A DNA stretch of 64,000 bases from Prorocentrum cordatum (Eukaryota), in NCBI GenBank assembly GCA_963575745.1, contig CAUYUJ010000148.1:248001-312000 (forward strand), written 5' to 3'. Below the pieces are notes generated by a model that did not search any database, was not told the DNA's origin, and saw nothing but the letters and a program-made list of their open reading frames with translations. How positions within the stretch are numbered: position 1 is the stretch's first letter; each line of letters opens with the position of its first letter. Positions 1 through 12,727 of this stretch are shown here, piece by piece. Both the position numbers and the translations under genes were made by a program.

Positions 1-70
1 CAGAAGTCCTCATACTGGGCCACCTAAGGAAGAGGAAAGGGGGGAAGGAGGGGTCAGGAGAGCGGAAGGC

Positions 71-264
71 TAGGAGGCAACTCCTGGGACGCCAGAATAA
101 AATGCCACTGAACCAGATTAGGCCAGAGTAAACCCGGGATTACGCCAGACTCAACGAGGCGGGATGAAATCGGATTAAGCGAGATTAGGCCAGAGTAGGC
201 CAGTGTTCGACCTGGGGTGTACCAACACCGATTCTGAACTCAATCTCCAAGGAGTTGCATCCTA
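71..264. mobile_element. MITE-like element (family A) with imperfect terminal inverted repeats
   Basis: Left TAGGAGGCAACTCC versus right GGAGTTGCATCCTA (reverse complement TAGGATGCAACTCC). A related copy at 23791-23998 shares both ends and the subterminal TGTACCARCRCCGAYTCTGAA block. Confidence 0.5.
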
Positions 265-1587
265 AGGACGGGGCGGGGATAGGGAAAACGAGAGGGAGAG
301 AGAGAGAGAGGGAGAGATGCACGGGAGGAGATTGGACTTCAGTCCCCGTGATTTCGGCCACCCTGGTGTCCTTCGTCGCCGACCCACTGCTGCGCGCTCT
401 CCTTGTCCCCAGCCGCGTAGAGCTCGGAGCTCCCGAGCCGCTTGCTGTTCGCGACCTCCCACCAGGGCTGGCCTTGCCTCCTGCTGCTGGGTCACCGGAG
501 CTCGCGCACCGCGCATCCTGCGATGCGCGAGTGCGCGATCCTCTTCGCGCCCATGCGCCCCCGCGCCGCCCTCTTGGAGAAGGTCAGTCGCCCTGGCCCA
601 GACCGCGACGCGCGGAGCGCGATCACCTTCGCGCCCCTGCGGGTGACGTGACTGCTGCTGTTGCTCCACATCTCCTCCTCCCTCTGCTCCTCCTCCGCCA
701 CATCCTCCTCTTCCTCCATTTTCTGCCTCCTCCGCCTCCTCCCATCTCCGCAGCATCGTCAGACCTGGCCCAATCTCCAGTGGGCCAAGGTTCTTCCGCG
801 CCACCAATCTCCGCCCCTTCGAGGCAGGGGTGGATGCCGCGAAACCCAAGGATCTGAGGGTGACGGTCATGGGGGTAGATCCGATAGCGGGGCCAAGGGT
901 GTCCCAGTGGAAATTGGGGTACGTCTATCGATGCGGACCCTCCATCTTCTATGCTCTTTCCTCCCTTCACTCCCACCCCTATCCGCCCTCCCTCCACAGC
1001 CCTGATGCCTCCTCCTTCTTCTTCGTCCCTTCATCCTCGCCGTTCATTCCGCTCAACGTTTCCCGCCAAGCTCCCCCCACACAACTCGCCCTGGCCATCC
1101 ATCCCTCCCCGCACCTCCCCTACAGCCAGGCCTCCTCCTCCTCCTCCTCCTCCTCCTCTTCCTCCTCACCACCACCACAGGAAAGCGGATCGGGGATGGA
1201 CAGACCTCCCTTTAGTAAAACGTGGTTTAGTGAAAACGACCTGAGGCCCAAACCTGGCGGGCGCAAGCCTGGAAAATAACGGCCGCGGCGCCCTCTCGAG
1301 AACCGAAAACGGACAATTCACTAATCGACGTGTCACTGTTGGGGGTTCTGTCCACCCCCGAGAGGAAGCGGAGGAAGGAGAGGGAGGTGGACAAGCAATG
1401 TAGGTGCGTTCGCGCCATATCTGGCATCATACCCCTCCCACTCATCCCATCACAACCGTCCTGAGATGTCGGGTCTTCGTTTTGAAAGGACGGCGCCCCG
1501 CGTCTCTTCCTCCTCCTCCCCTCCTCCCCGTCCTTCTCCTCCCTGCCCTGCTCCAAATATCACTCACCTTTGCCCTCCGGATGTCTC

Positions 1588-2130
1588 TGTTTCGGCACAC
1601 CCCTTACACGTTTCGTGGCCTATAAACAGCAACTCCTCCTCAAACCTCACTGGCGGGGTTCGAATGCGTCCCTCCGCACCATCCTGGCACAGCCCTCGTA
1701 CGTTCCGTGACCCAACTGGGAATTCCTCTGAAGGCCCCACTGGCAAGGCTGGCATGCGTCCCCACGAAGCATTTCGGCACACCCCTTACACGCTTCGTGG
1801 CCCCATGGGGAGCTCCTCCGGACACCCCACTGGCAAGGTTCTCATGCGTCCCCCCGCACGATTTCGGCATACCCCTCGCACGATTCGTGTTTCCTCCGGG
1901 AATCCCCCCATATGCCCCCTTGCCCCCGCACGATTTCGGCATATCCCTCACACACTTCGTGGCCCCATAAGGAGTTCCTCCGAAAGCACCAATGGCAAGG
2001 TTCGCATGCGCCCCCTTGATCATGTTGCCACACCCGTCACATGTTCCGTGGCCCAGCAGGGAGCTCCTCCGAAAACCCCAAGGGCAAGGTTCGCATGCGC
2101 CCCTCGGCATAATTTCGCTACACCCCTCGC
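1588..2130 (+). repeat. ~90-bp minisatellite (TTTCGGCACACCCCT...CGTGGCCCC family)
   Basis: Core ATTTCGGCAYACCCC and variants recur at about 1590, 1681, 1771 and 1861. The same unit forms arrays at 27296-27660 and 61615-62400. Confidence 0.85.
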
Positions 2131-2979
2131 TCTCGATCCCTCGATGTCCGCAGCGTTCCATCCCAACGTTTCGCGGCATCGCCCGCTCCTGGATTTTCCG
2201 AGCTGGGCGACTGGTGGAACGGATCTGGTCGGAAATGCCCTTGCGAAGGCCACGCCAGGAGGGGCGATCGCAGAAGGGGAGGGAGGAGGGGAGCGAGGAG
2301 GCAGGGAGGCAGGGAGGCACACGGAGGTCGACGGGGAAGGAAGACACGACAGGGCCGAAGGAGGGGTGAGCAGCTGAGGTGTGCGCGGCCCTCGCCAGGC
2401 ATCCTTCCGACCATTCAGCAGAAAGCCGCTGTAGGGGCGAGGGGCAGCGATTGGCTCTGGAGGAGCAACCGTGTGCAAGAAGCGAACATGCCCTCCTGAC
2501 ATCCTCTTCATCCTGCTCCCGTCTTCTGCTCCTCGTCTTTCTGCTCAAACCATCCCGGCGGCCTGGGGGTACGGATGAATCCAAAGGAGCCCAGCTCTGT
2601 CAGGCCCTCCCCTCCGGCCCGCCTCCGCACTGCAGCTTCCGCTCCATTGCCGGGCGCCAGCTGCTGGGGCCGCGTCAGCGGAAGCCAGTTTCGTGTCTGC
2701 CCCTGACTCATTCCCTTCCTTCAGGCTCAAGCGAATATGGATTCGGGATACGTGCGTCTGGCGCGTGGGCGCCAGGTACCCTGATGGGGGAAGGCCCCCC
2801 CCCCGAAACATGAAGCCCACGCCGCCTGCTTTGGAGACGGAGCGCGCCGACTTTGAACGGAAACGGAACCCGCCTCTAAACCACACGCCGCAATCCATGT
2901 TTGCGTCTCCTCGATCCTCCTCCTCCTCCTCCTCCTCCTGCTCATCCCCCTCATCCTCGATCCTCCTCAGCGAGACAAA

Positions 2980-3149
2980 GAATGACATAAACATGACAAT
3001 TCGAAAGTCCGCACGGATTTCTTGGATCCGCGCTGGACCCCCTCCCTGGCGCGCGGAACGCAGGGGCGGCGTCGGAGGCGCTGCCATGGGGGGTCCAGCG
3101 AGTATCCGAGAAATCCGCGCGGACCTGAGCTGTTATGTTTATGCCATTC
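2980..3149. mobile_element. Foldback/MITE-like element (family B)
   Basis: GAATGACATAAACATGAC...TCCGCACGGATTTCTTGGATCCGCGCTGGACCCC is inverted as GGGGTCCAGCGAGTATCCGAGAAATCCGCGCGGA...GTTATGTTTATGCCATTC. Related copies at 5667-5890, 23885-23946 and 47245-47285. Confidence 0.65.
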
Positions 3150-3591
3150 TTCGTTCCCCTAACTAATTGCCCCTCCTCCTCGATCCTCCTCCCCCTCCTC
3201 CCCCTTCCCCTCCCCGGTGCGAGACGGCTGGAGCCCCCCCTGCACAAGCGGTGAGAGCAGCGCTCCGGCGGCGGGTGCGGCGCCCGGGCCGCGCGCACCA
3301 GGACCAGCACGCCCGCGCGCCGGGATCGGCGTGGATCGTCCTGTGCCGAACGATTGAGCTCGTCCCTACATTTAGGTCGGGCATGTCCCCCTACACCCTG
3401 CGAAATGCTTAAGAAATCATGGGTTAAGAAATTCATAGTCTCAGAACTTGAATAAAGACCTAAAGTTCCCATTCAAATCTTAGAATTTACATTGAAGCAT
3501 TAAGAATAATCGAGACTCTGGCCGAACATTGAAGTTTTCTTAAGCATCGCCTAAGGTGTACAGGTCGAATTTTATACGACAAAGATCAAAT

Positions 3592-5535
3592 ACCTATACG
3601 ACCACCCTTCGGGTGATAAGCAGGTTGTGGGGAGGAGAGAGGGGGGGGAAACTAACATCTGACTCAACCGATCCGACTATCGATCTCACTCAACGGGGTA
3701 CAACGGGCCACCCTGGGACACCTGGGGGCACCACATTGATATCAGGATCGATCTCACTATCGATCTGACTCAACGTGACACCACGGGACACCACGGGACA
3801 CCTGTCGATCTCACTATCGATCTCACTTTTGGGACACCACGGAACACATCGGGGCACCACATCGATCTCAGTATCGATCTCAATATCGATCTCACCATCG
3901 ATCTCACTCAACGGGACACCACGGGACACCACGGGACACCACGGGACACCACGGGACACCGCGGGACACCGCGGGCCTCCGCCGGACAGACGGACGGACG
4001 GGGGAGAATCATTTGTCTTGACCTCGCCCCAGCAACGGCGGACACCACGGGACACCACGGGACACCGCGGGACATCGCTAGGGCCACCGCCGGACGAACA
4101 GACGGACGGGGGAGAATCATTTGTCTTGACTTCGCCCCAGCAACGGCGGACACCACGGGACAGCCCGGGACACCACGGGACACCGCGGGACATCGCTAGG
4201 GCCACCGCCGGACGGACAGTCGGACGGGGGAGAATCATTTGTCTTGACTTCACCCTAGCAGCGGCGGGTTCATTCCTCTCGCGCTCCCACGCAGCTTCGC
4301 CTCGCCCGCACGCACGACACAAACGAAATGAAACGATTTCCCAGTTGGGGGTCTCCGTTCCACTCCGATCTCACCCCCCAACCTCCGATACAAAAAATAC
4401 CTGTACGACCACCCTTCGGGTGATAAGGAGGTTGTGGGGGAGAGAGGGGGAGAACCATCATCTGACTCAATCGATCTCACTATCGATCTCACTCAACGGG
4501 ACACCACGGGACACAAGGGGACACCACGGGACACCACCACGGGACACTTGTCGATCTCACTATCGATCTCACTCAACGGGACACAACGGGCCACCAAAGG
4601 ACACCACGGGACACCGCGGGACACCTCTCGATCTCACTATCGGTCTCACCATCGATCTCACTATCGATCTCACTCAACGGGACACCATAGGTCACCACGG
4701 GACACCTGTCGACCTCACTATCAATCACCCTCAACGGGACAACACGGGCCACCTTTGGGGCACCACGTCGGCCTCAATATCGATCTCAGTATCGATCTCA
4801 GTATCGATCTCACCATCGATCTCACTCAACGGGACACCACGAGACACCACGGGACACCACGGGACCCCTGTCGATCTCACTATCGATCGTACTCAACGGG
4901 ACACCATAAGACACCACGGGACACCTGTCGATCTCACTATCAATCTCACTCAACGGGACACCATGGGCCACCTTTGGGGCACCACATCGGTCTCAGTGTC
5001 GATCTCACTGTCGATCTCGCTATCGATCTCACCATCGATCTCACTCAACGGGACACCACGGGACACCACGGGAGCCCTGTCGATCTCACTATCTATCTCA
5101 CTTTTTCGGACACCACGGGACACCATTAGGGCACCACATCGGTCTCAATATCGATCTCACTATCGATCTCACTCAACGGGACACCACGGGACACCACAGG
5201 ACCCTTGTCGATCTCACTATTGATCTCACTATCGATCTCACTCAACGTACACCACGGGACACCGCTAGGGCCACCACGGGACGGGGGAGAATCATTTGTC
5301 TTGACTTCGCCCTAGCAACGGCGGACACCACGGGACACCACGGGACACGGGTTAGGGCCACCGCCGGACGAACAGAGGAGAATCATTGTCTTGACTTCGC
5401 CCTAGCAACGGCGGGTTCATTCCGCTCCCACGCCCACGCAGCTTCGCCTCACCCGCACGCACGACACGAACGAAACGAAATGATTTCCCGGTTGGGGGTC
5501 TCCGTTCCACTGCGATCTCACCTCCCAACCTCCGA
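3592..5535 (-). mobile_element. Two tandem copies of a Helentron-like non-autonomous element with internal GGGACACCAC / ATCGATCTCACT satellites
   Basis: Conserved left end ACCTRTACGACCACCCTTCGGGTGATAAG at 3592 and 4399. Conserved right end ...CTCCGTTCCACT.CGATCTCACC.CCCAACCTCCGA at 4388 and 5535. Third copy at 40003-41695. Confidence 0.55.
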
Positions 5536-5666
5536 CCCCAAAATGTCCAAAAATACTGGAAATATCGTCCCCGACTATTTTTTGGGACTTTTAAATATTC
5601 CTCCTGTAGAAGGACACGCCCGACTTAGCCCTACATGGAATTCGCCAGTCCAAAGGTAGGGGAACG

Positions 5667-5890
5667 AGAATGACATGAACATAAAAACTCGGAGGTTCGC
5701 GCGGATTCCTCGGATCGGCGCTGGACCCCCATCCCGCGCGCCAGGGGCGGCGCCAGAGGCGCCGCCAGGGGGGCTCCAGCGTCGATGCAATACATCCGCG
5801 CGGACCTCGGAGGCGCCGCTTGGGGGTCTCCGGCGACGATGCGAGACGATCTGCGCGGACCTCCGAGTTTTTCTGTGTATGTCTTTGTTC
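5667..5890. mobile_element. Foldback/MITE-like element (family B copy)
   Basis: AAAAACTCGGAGGTTCGCGCGGAT is inverted as ATCTGCGCGGACCTCCGAGTTTTT; homologous to 2980-3149. Confidence 0.6.
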
Positions 5891-6938
5891 GTTTCCAAAT
5901 GACTGGCATGCGCCAGCCCAACAGGTCGGGCGACAGAAAATGACCACGGTTGCAGTTGCACGTCTGTTTTTCCCGTGCCCGTGTTCGGGGGAGGGCTGGC
6001 GCGGTTGAGCAAAAGAAGAAATGTGGGCACGCGGTAACGCTGCCGAGGAGCCTCGACCAGCCTGGGTTGAGGGTTTCACGCGTGGTTATCCTGGCGCCGA
6101 GCGCCCATCCCCCCTTGCCCCGCGCCGACCGCCGCCCGGGGAACGGCCCTGTCCGAACCTCAGACCTCGACAGAACGAACCCGCCCAGCGATTCCACCAG
6201 AGCACACAAATGTACTGGACAATTCGAATGACTACTGATCGCGGACGCAAGCGGTCACTCGAAATTCCTCGGCACTGTCGCCAGGATGCACGACTACTGA
6301 TTGGGGAGACTTGGCCGGAGAAGACTCTGTCGGGGTCCTGACTCGCGGGCCGCACCTTTGCCTGGGGGGTCCAAGCCGGGGGTACATGGGCCTCCCGAGG
6401 AGAGGCGTCTTGGACATACACTCGTCTGCCGGCGATCCCAGGCGGCGCCAGGACAACCGCCCATCTCGGCCGCGCGGATTGGCTCAACGATGGTTGCCCC
6501 GTTTCGGTTCCAGGGCAACGCTGGAATTCACTTCAGCAGCGGTCGAATCATCCCGCCCGAAAAACGCCAGAGGCGTGCTGAGACTGCGATCTCCAACAGC
6601 AGGTCCGAAAGTGCTCAGTATTCAAGTTCGCGCGCACGGGGAGGCCCCTGAGGCCCTGGACGAAACGCCTACAAAAGGGAGTGCCCCAATGCTCATGCAG
6701 TTGTGCAAGTGTGACGGCTTCCAGGAACCTACAAAAATGCCCGAGCTCTAAAATTTGCCAAACTTGCTGGCTTTACTCCAGAGCCTCCCAGGTGTGGTGC
6801 ATGAGCCTCCTGGACGCCCCTCCCGCCGCCCACAACGACACCAAAATCATCAATGTCTTGAAGAGACCCCAAGCTGCCTTCAAAAGACCTCTTGTCTACA
6901 ACCCTGGCACGGTGGCGGGATGGGCCCAAGTCGACGAG

Positions 6939-9900
6939 ATCCGCCGCCCCCTGTCGATTCATCGCAGAGGTGCCTAGCGTGCCAACCTATATGGTTTTGG
7001 TTCTTTTTCCAAAAGAACTCCACCTGGGGTTTCGGCCCGTCCCGCCAAGGTCCCGGGAGATTGCCGAAAACCTGGTTGCAAAGGTTTTTCCTGCTCCAGA
7101 CGGCTCCAAGACGGCCCAAGATGGTCTCCAAGATGCATCCAAGACGGCCAAGATGGCTTCCCAGACGGCTCAGATGGCTCCAAGATGCCTCCAAAACGAG
7201 CCAAGATGTACTCAGCACGGCCTAAGATAGCCTCAACATGGCCCCAGACGGCCCAAGAGGCCTCCGAGACGGCCAAGAGGCCTCCAAGAGGTCCTCCAGG
7301 AAGGCCCGAAGAGTCCGGTTTTCCGACGGCCCCAGACGGCCCAAGAGGCTCCCAAGATCGCCCAAGAGGCCTCCAAGAGGGCCCAATGACGGCCCAAGTG
7401 GCCTGGAAGACGGCCCCAAGAGGGCCCCAAGACGGCCCAAGAGGCCTCCAACACGCCCAAGATGGCCTCCAAGACGCCCAAGATGGCCTCCAAGACGGCC
7501 CCGAAGCGCCCCAAGAGGGCCCCAAGTCGGCCCAGAAAGGCCCCCAAGACGGCTCAGACGGCGTCGGACGTGCCAGGAACCCACCAAGATTGCCGAAGTT
7601 GGCTCGAAGCTGGCCCAAGACGGCCCAAGAGGCCCCCAAGAGGGCCTCCAGGAAGGCCACAAGAGGCCAACAACTTTGATGTTCCTGAGGTTTTTGAATG
7701 GTTTTGACACTTGCTTCTTTTCGGCCTTCCGAAGGCCCGATACGGCCCACGAGCCCCCAAAGATCGCCGAAAGATCGTCCAAGAGGCCTCCAAGATTGCC
7801 CCAGAACGGCCCAAGAGGGCCCCAAGACGGCCCCCACGACGGCACAGGAGGCCTTTAAGGCGCCCAAGATGGCCTCCAAGACGGCCCTGGAGCATTCCAA
7901 GAGGGCCCCAAGTCGGCCCATAGAGGCCCTCCAAACGGCTTCCGACGGCGTCAGACGGACCAGGAAGGAGCCCACCAAGACGGCCGAACATGGCCCTAAG
8001 ATGGACCAAGACGGCTCAAGAGGCCTCCAAGAGGGCCTCCAGGAAGGCCCGAAAAAGCCAAAATTCGTAATGTCCCTTGGGTTTTTGAAGGATTGTGGCA
8101 TTTGCTTTTTGTTCTGCCCTCCGACGGCCCGAGACGGCCCAAATGCCCCCAAAAGATCGCCCAAGAGGGCCCCAAGACACGGCCCCAAGAGGCCCCAAAG
8201 ACGGCCCAAGGGGTCTCGAAGACGCTCAAGATGGCCTCCAAGACGACCCAAGAGCCCTCCAAGGCGTCCTCCAAGAAGGCCCGAAAGGGTCAAAATGGCC
8301 TCCAGACGGCCAAAACGACCTTCAAGATGCCCACGTGCTCCCCGAAGGCTTTCCAAAACGACTCGGGGAACACATGGTCCGATAGCTTGGCAGGTCTGGC
8401 CTCAACGTTCGGCCACATAGGCGCTTCCAAAAAGGCAGGGGGCGGCGGTGATGCGCCGTAGGCGTCTTCGATCCGCCACCCCCTGTCGATCCATCGCAGG
8501 GGTGCCTGGCGTGCCAGACGATTTCGGTTTTGGTTTTGCATCTTTTCCAAAAGAACTCCCCTGGGGCTTCGGCCCGTCCCGCCAAGGTCCTGGGAGGATT
8601 GCCCAGGAGCTCAATCCCGGAAAAAATCCTCCAAGGCGGCTCAAGATGGCGTCCCAAGATAGCCACGTTGGCCCAAGATGGCCTCCGAGATGGTCCAAGA
8701 TGGCCTCCAAGTTCGCGCGGGATGGTCCAAGACGGCCTCCAAGACGGCCCAAGAGAGTCCAAGACGGCCCAAAACGGCCCAAAAGGCCCCCCAGAGGCCT
8801 CCAAGACGGCCCAAGAGGCCCAAATTATTGATTTGCCCCAGGTATTGAATGATTTTGGCATTCGCTTCTTCTCGGCTTTGCGACGACCCAAGACTACCCA
8901 AGCCCCGAAAATCGCCCCCACAGCGCCCAAGAGGCCTCCAAGATGTCCTCAGGACGGCCCAAGAGGCCCCCAAGACGGCCCCAAGAGGCCCCCAAGACGG
9001 CCCAGGAGGCTTTTAAGACGCCCAAGATGGCCTCCAAGACGGCCCTGGAGCATTCCAAGAGGGCCTCAGGTCGGCTCAGCGAGGCCCCCCCAAACGGCTT
9101 CCGACGGCGCCGGACGGGCCAGGAGCCCCCCAAGACGGCCGAAGATGGCACTAAGATGGCCCACGGCGGCCCAAGAGGCCTCCAAGAGGGCCTCCAGGAA
9201 GGCCCGAAAAGGCCCGAATCATTGATTTCCCATGAGTTTGTGAAGGATTGTGGCATTTGTTGTTGTTTCGGCCTTCCGACGGCCCGAGACGGCCCAAGTG
9301 CCCCCACAGATCGCCCAAGAGGCCGAAGACGGCCCCAAGAGGCCCCAAAGACGGCCCCAAGAGGGCTCCAAGACGCAACAGATGGCCTCAAAGACGGCCC
9401 AAGAGCCCTTCAAGACGTCCTCCAAGAAGGCCCGAAAGGGTCAAAATGGCCTCCAGGCGGCGAAAACGACCTTCAAGATGCCCGCGTGTTCCCCGAAGGC
9501 TTTCCAAACCGATTCGGAGAGCATATGGTCCGATAGCTTGGCAGGTCTGGCCTCAACGTTCGGCCACATAGGCGCTTCCAAAAAGGCAGCGGGCGGCGGT
9601 GATTCGCCGCAGGCGTCTTCTATCCGCCGCCCCCCTGTCGATTCATCACAGAGGTGCCTGGCGTGCCAAATCCTCTCGGTTTTGGTTTTGGTTCTTCTTC
9701 CAAAAGTACTCCCCCGGGGCTTCGGCCCGTCCCGCCGGCCACCCGGAAAGGAGCTCAATTGCACAGTTGTTCCTCCAAGACGGCTCAAGATGGCCTTCAT
9801 GATGGCCACGTTAGCCCAAGATGGCCTCCAAGATGGCCTCCGATGGCCTCCAAGTCCGCCCAAGAGAGGAGGAGATGCCTCCAAATCCGCCCAAGAATCC

Positions 9901-9945
9901 AACACGGCCCCAGACGGTCCAAGAGGTGCCCAAGAGGCCTCCAAG
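6939..9945 (+). repeat. Head-to-tail array of long CCAAG-rich units (starts at 6939, 8471, 9622)
   Basis: Unit start ATCCGCC.CCCCCTGTCGAT occurs three times. A ~200-bp unit-end block is nearly identical at about 8265-8470 and 9415-9620. The interior is degenerate GGCCCAAGA/GGCCTCCAAGA repeats. Confidence 0.85.
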
Positions 9946-9949
9946 TACG

Positions 9950-12360
9950 GGGGAGGTCCCCGGGCCGCTCGTCGCCGCCTGGTCCTGGTCGTTGCTCGAC
10001 TCCTCGGCTGCTGCGCTCTGGGCGACGCCGCCCTGACCTGCCTCGTTCGCAGCCGTCCGAGATTCGGGGAATGCCAGCCCATCATCGTCGCGAGCACGTT
10101 GCACGGTGCTGGCTGAAGGTTCCGGCTGTGATGCTGCCGCGTCTGGCATCGGCGGGGCGCCGTCAAGCTCAGCCCATGGCGAGCGGCAGGCGGGGCAATA
10201 CACAGGGAACCATTCGTGCGGTCGGACGCGCGGCGGCGGTGGAACGCCTGCTCGCTGCCTCCGCCACTCTCCTGCATGCACCCCGGCCACGCAACATCGC
10301 CGTCGCCAAAGGGCTCCAGGCAGACCGTGCAACAATGCTCGTTCCTCGCGCCGGGCGTGCGGCCGCGGTTTCGCTGGTGGAAGCCTGGTGCCGCCGTAGG
10401 GCGGTCTGCCCCGCCGACAGAGCCGTGGATAAGTCGAGATCGAGATACGTCGTCTGAAGCACCTCCGAGATCTGGCCCGGGGACAGCGGGACGCAGGGCT
10501 CGACCTGGATCCGCGAGACCGCATTCAACATGCGCGCGAGCCCGGCTGGTGTGAAGCACCCCTGCTCGGCGAACCACTCCGCCAAATCCCGAAAGGGCTG
10601 GACGTGGGTCGCCGACCGCACGAGGGCCGGGAGGAGCTGCTGGGACAAGTGGCACGGCAAGGTTGCCCACATGGCCTGCGCGAGCCAAGAGGCGATGTCG
10701 GTGGTGCCTCGCGCCAGCAAGGGGGCCTCGCCTGCCTCACCAGATAGGAGTCTAGTGATTTCGGCCGCCCTCGCGATGTCCACCGAGGCGTCCGCGAGCA
10801 TCTGGCTGCGCGTCCGAGCCGCTGCAGGGTTGGGCTCTTGGACTTGCATCTCTGGCGGGAACTGCCTGAGCTCGGCGTCGTTCAGGGCGTCATCGTCCGA
10901 GTCGGAATCGATTGCCAGCACCTGCGGACCTCCCCAAGCCCCATCAGCGGGCCGCTCATCTCCGTCCGCTGTGACAGCCGTGAGGTCGATGGGCCGCAGA
11001 CCCCAGCGCGTCTGCACCAATGGCCGCTGAAAGTCCAGAAGGGCTGGCAGTGCCGCGTGGGCTCCGGGGGCATCGCGCCGCAAGTCGGAAGCTGGATGAA
11101 ACGCCTCCATCGTGGCGAGGTTTCCCGCGCGGGCTTTGGCCATCACGATCTCCTGCAGCACGTCGGGGACGTAAGCGCCTGGGTGGTCGGGGGCTCTGAC
11201 AGGCCGACATTCGCCCTGGTAGGTCGCCCACGGGCCGTGCAGGGCCGCTGGCGCGCAGAGCACGCGGTGCGCGGAGGCTAAATTGTCCACCCCCTTTTGG
11301 TTCCACCAAGCGCGCACTCGCCGTACGCCATCCGTGCCCATGTCCATCTCCCTGCATTGGTGCACCAAGATCTGGAAATCGTCCTCGTGGACCGTGCCCC
11401 AGATGAGGGGGTTCGCGAGGCTGCTCCACGTGAACTCAGGCTGGACCGCTCCGGCCCGCCGGATGGAGGCGACGGTGGTGCGTAGTCCGTCGAACCACCA
11501 CTGCACTGCAGGCGCGGTGGCCCGGCCGGGTGGTCGCCTGGAGGAGCGTGGCGGCTCCTGCCGCTGGGCGGCGGGCTGCTCCTCTGAGCCGGAACGGGCA
11601 ATGTCGAAGAGGCTGGCCACCAAAGCGGCTCCTCCTGGCGCGGCGGCGCTGCTGCTCCCGAGACTGAGGTCGGCCAGTCGAGCCGTGGGCAGGAGGGGGA
11701 CTGGTCGCACCGCCCCGTTAGGATGGGGCACGGCCTCGTCCACGCTGGCTGCAGCCACTGCCAGGCGTGCCCGTGCAGCGGGTCCGTCCGGTATCGCTGG
11801 CGTGGCTAGGCGCTGGAGCAGGCGCCAGCAGCGAATCCCTGGTACCGTCACCACGGTGCTCGGGTGGAGCGCCGTCGGCGTCGGCGGGTCTGATGCCGCT
11901 GCCGCCCGCGGGAGCAAGCAGAGCAGCTGGCGGGGCCTGCTCTTGCGGGCTGGCGGGGCGGCCAGCGCCGATCGCCCGAGCCCCAGGGAGTCTCGAAACT
12001 GAATGGCCTTCCTCCTCGAGCTGCTCACCTTCCCGCCTCAAGTCGACTTCCGCCGCCTCTTCCTCCTCCTTCTCCTGCTCCTCCTCCTCCTCCTCCTCCG
12101 CCTCCTCCGCCACCTCTTCCTCCTCGTCCTCCTCGGCCCGGAATGCTCTCAGCGAGGCGCTCTGAGCCCCCCTGTCCACAAAGGCAGGGAATAACTCTTC
12201 GGCAGCGGAGCTTCCATTCGCGGCGGGGCTTGTCTCTTCGGCGGCGGAGCTTCCATTCGCGGCAGGGTACTGGCCCTCATGGTCGCACTGCCCTCCTCTC
12301 ACTCCGCCGCCTCCTCCGCCTCCGCCTCCGCCTCCTCCTCCTCCTCCTCCTCCTCCTCCT
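9950..12360 (-). pseudogene. Frameshifted remnant: acidic linker, two Trp-rich helical blocks and a degenerate RING-H2-like finger (probably a retroelement-associated ORF)
   Basis: CTVCLEPF...WPGC...QAFHRRR (frame of ORF 9441..10688) continues by frameshift into YCPACRSPW (frame of 9811..10524) at about 10170-10335. ORF 10169..12028 has non-repetitive, protein-like blocks (QWWFDGL...GAYVPDVLQEIVM; SWLAQAMW...GQISEVLQ). Confidence 0.5.
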
Positions 12361-12727
12361 CCTTTTACTCCTCCATCTTCTTCTCTTGTTTTCTGCGCTG
12401 GCAGCGAGCCGCGGCCGTGCTGGCCACAGCCGTGGTGGTGCAGGTGGTCTCGGGGGTGCCGCGCGGGTTCCTCGCGCGCGGCGTCAGCCGGCCTGGCGGG
12501 GCGGAGGAGGCGCGACGAGTCGGCGCCTGCGCTGCGGCGGGCGCAGAGGCCTCGTCGGGCCTCGCGTGGCCCTCTGCTGCGGGAGGGCGTACCAGCACAG
12601 TCGTCGGGCGCGGAGGTCTGGCGCGCGTCGCCTCCTGCGCGGCCGAAGCACTGAAGCCCTCTGGGCGGTCACGGTCCGCTGCTTGTGGGCCGCTGGCCGC
12701 TGAAGCGGCCTCCGCGGCGGCGGGCAT

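Noticed and set aside
3775..5223. 482-aa ORF and CRISPR-like regular repeats
   Set aside because: Translation of 10- and 12-bp satellites; no unique spacers, no cas genes, eukaryotic context.
6700..6900. Minus-strand KAAWGLFKTL...GG...SQQVWQIL as a continuation of the Ub/RING element into a retroelement ORF
   Set aside because: Only a vague resemblance with an in-frame stop; cannot be supported without a profile search.
6974..10116. Many long overlapping ORFs on both strands
   Set aside because: Stop-poor CCAAG repeats; no protein motifs.
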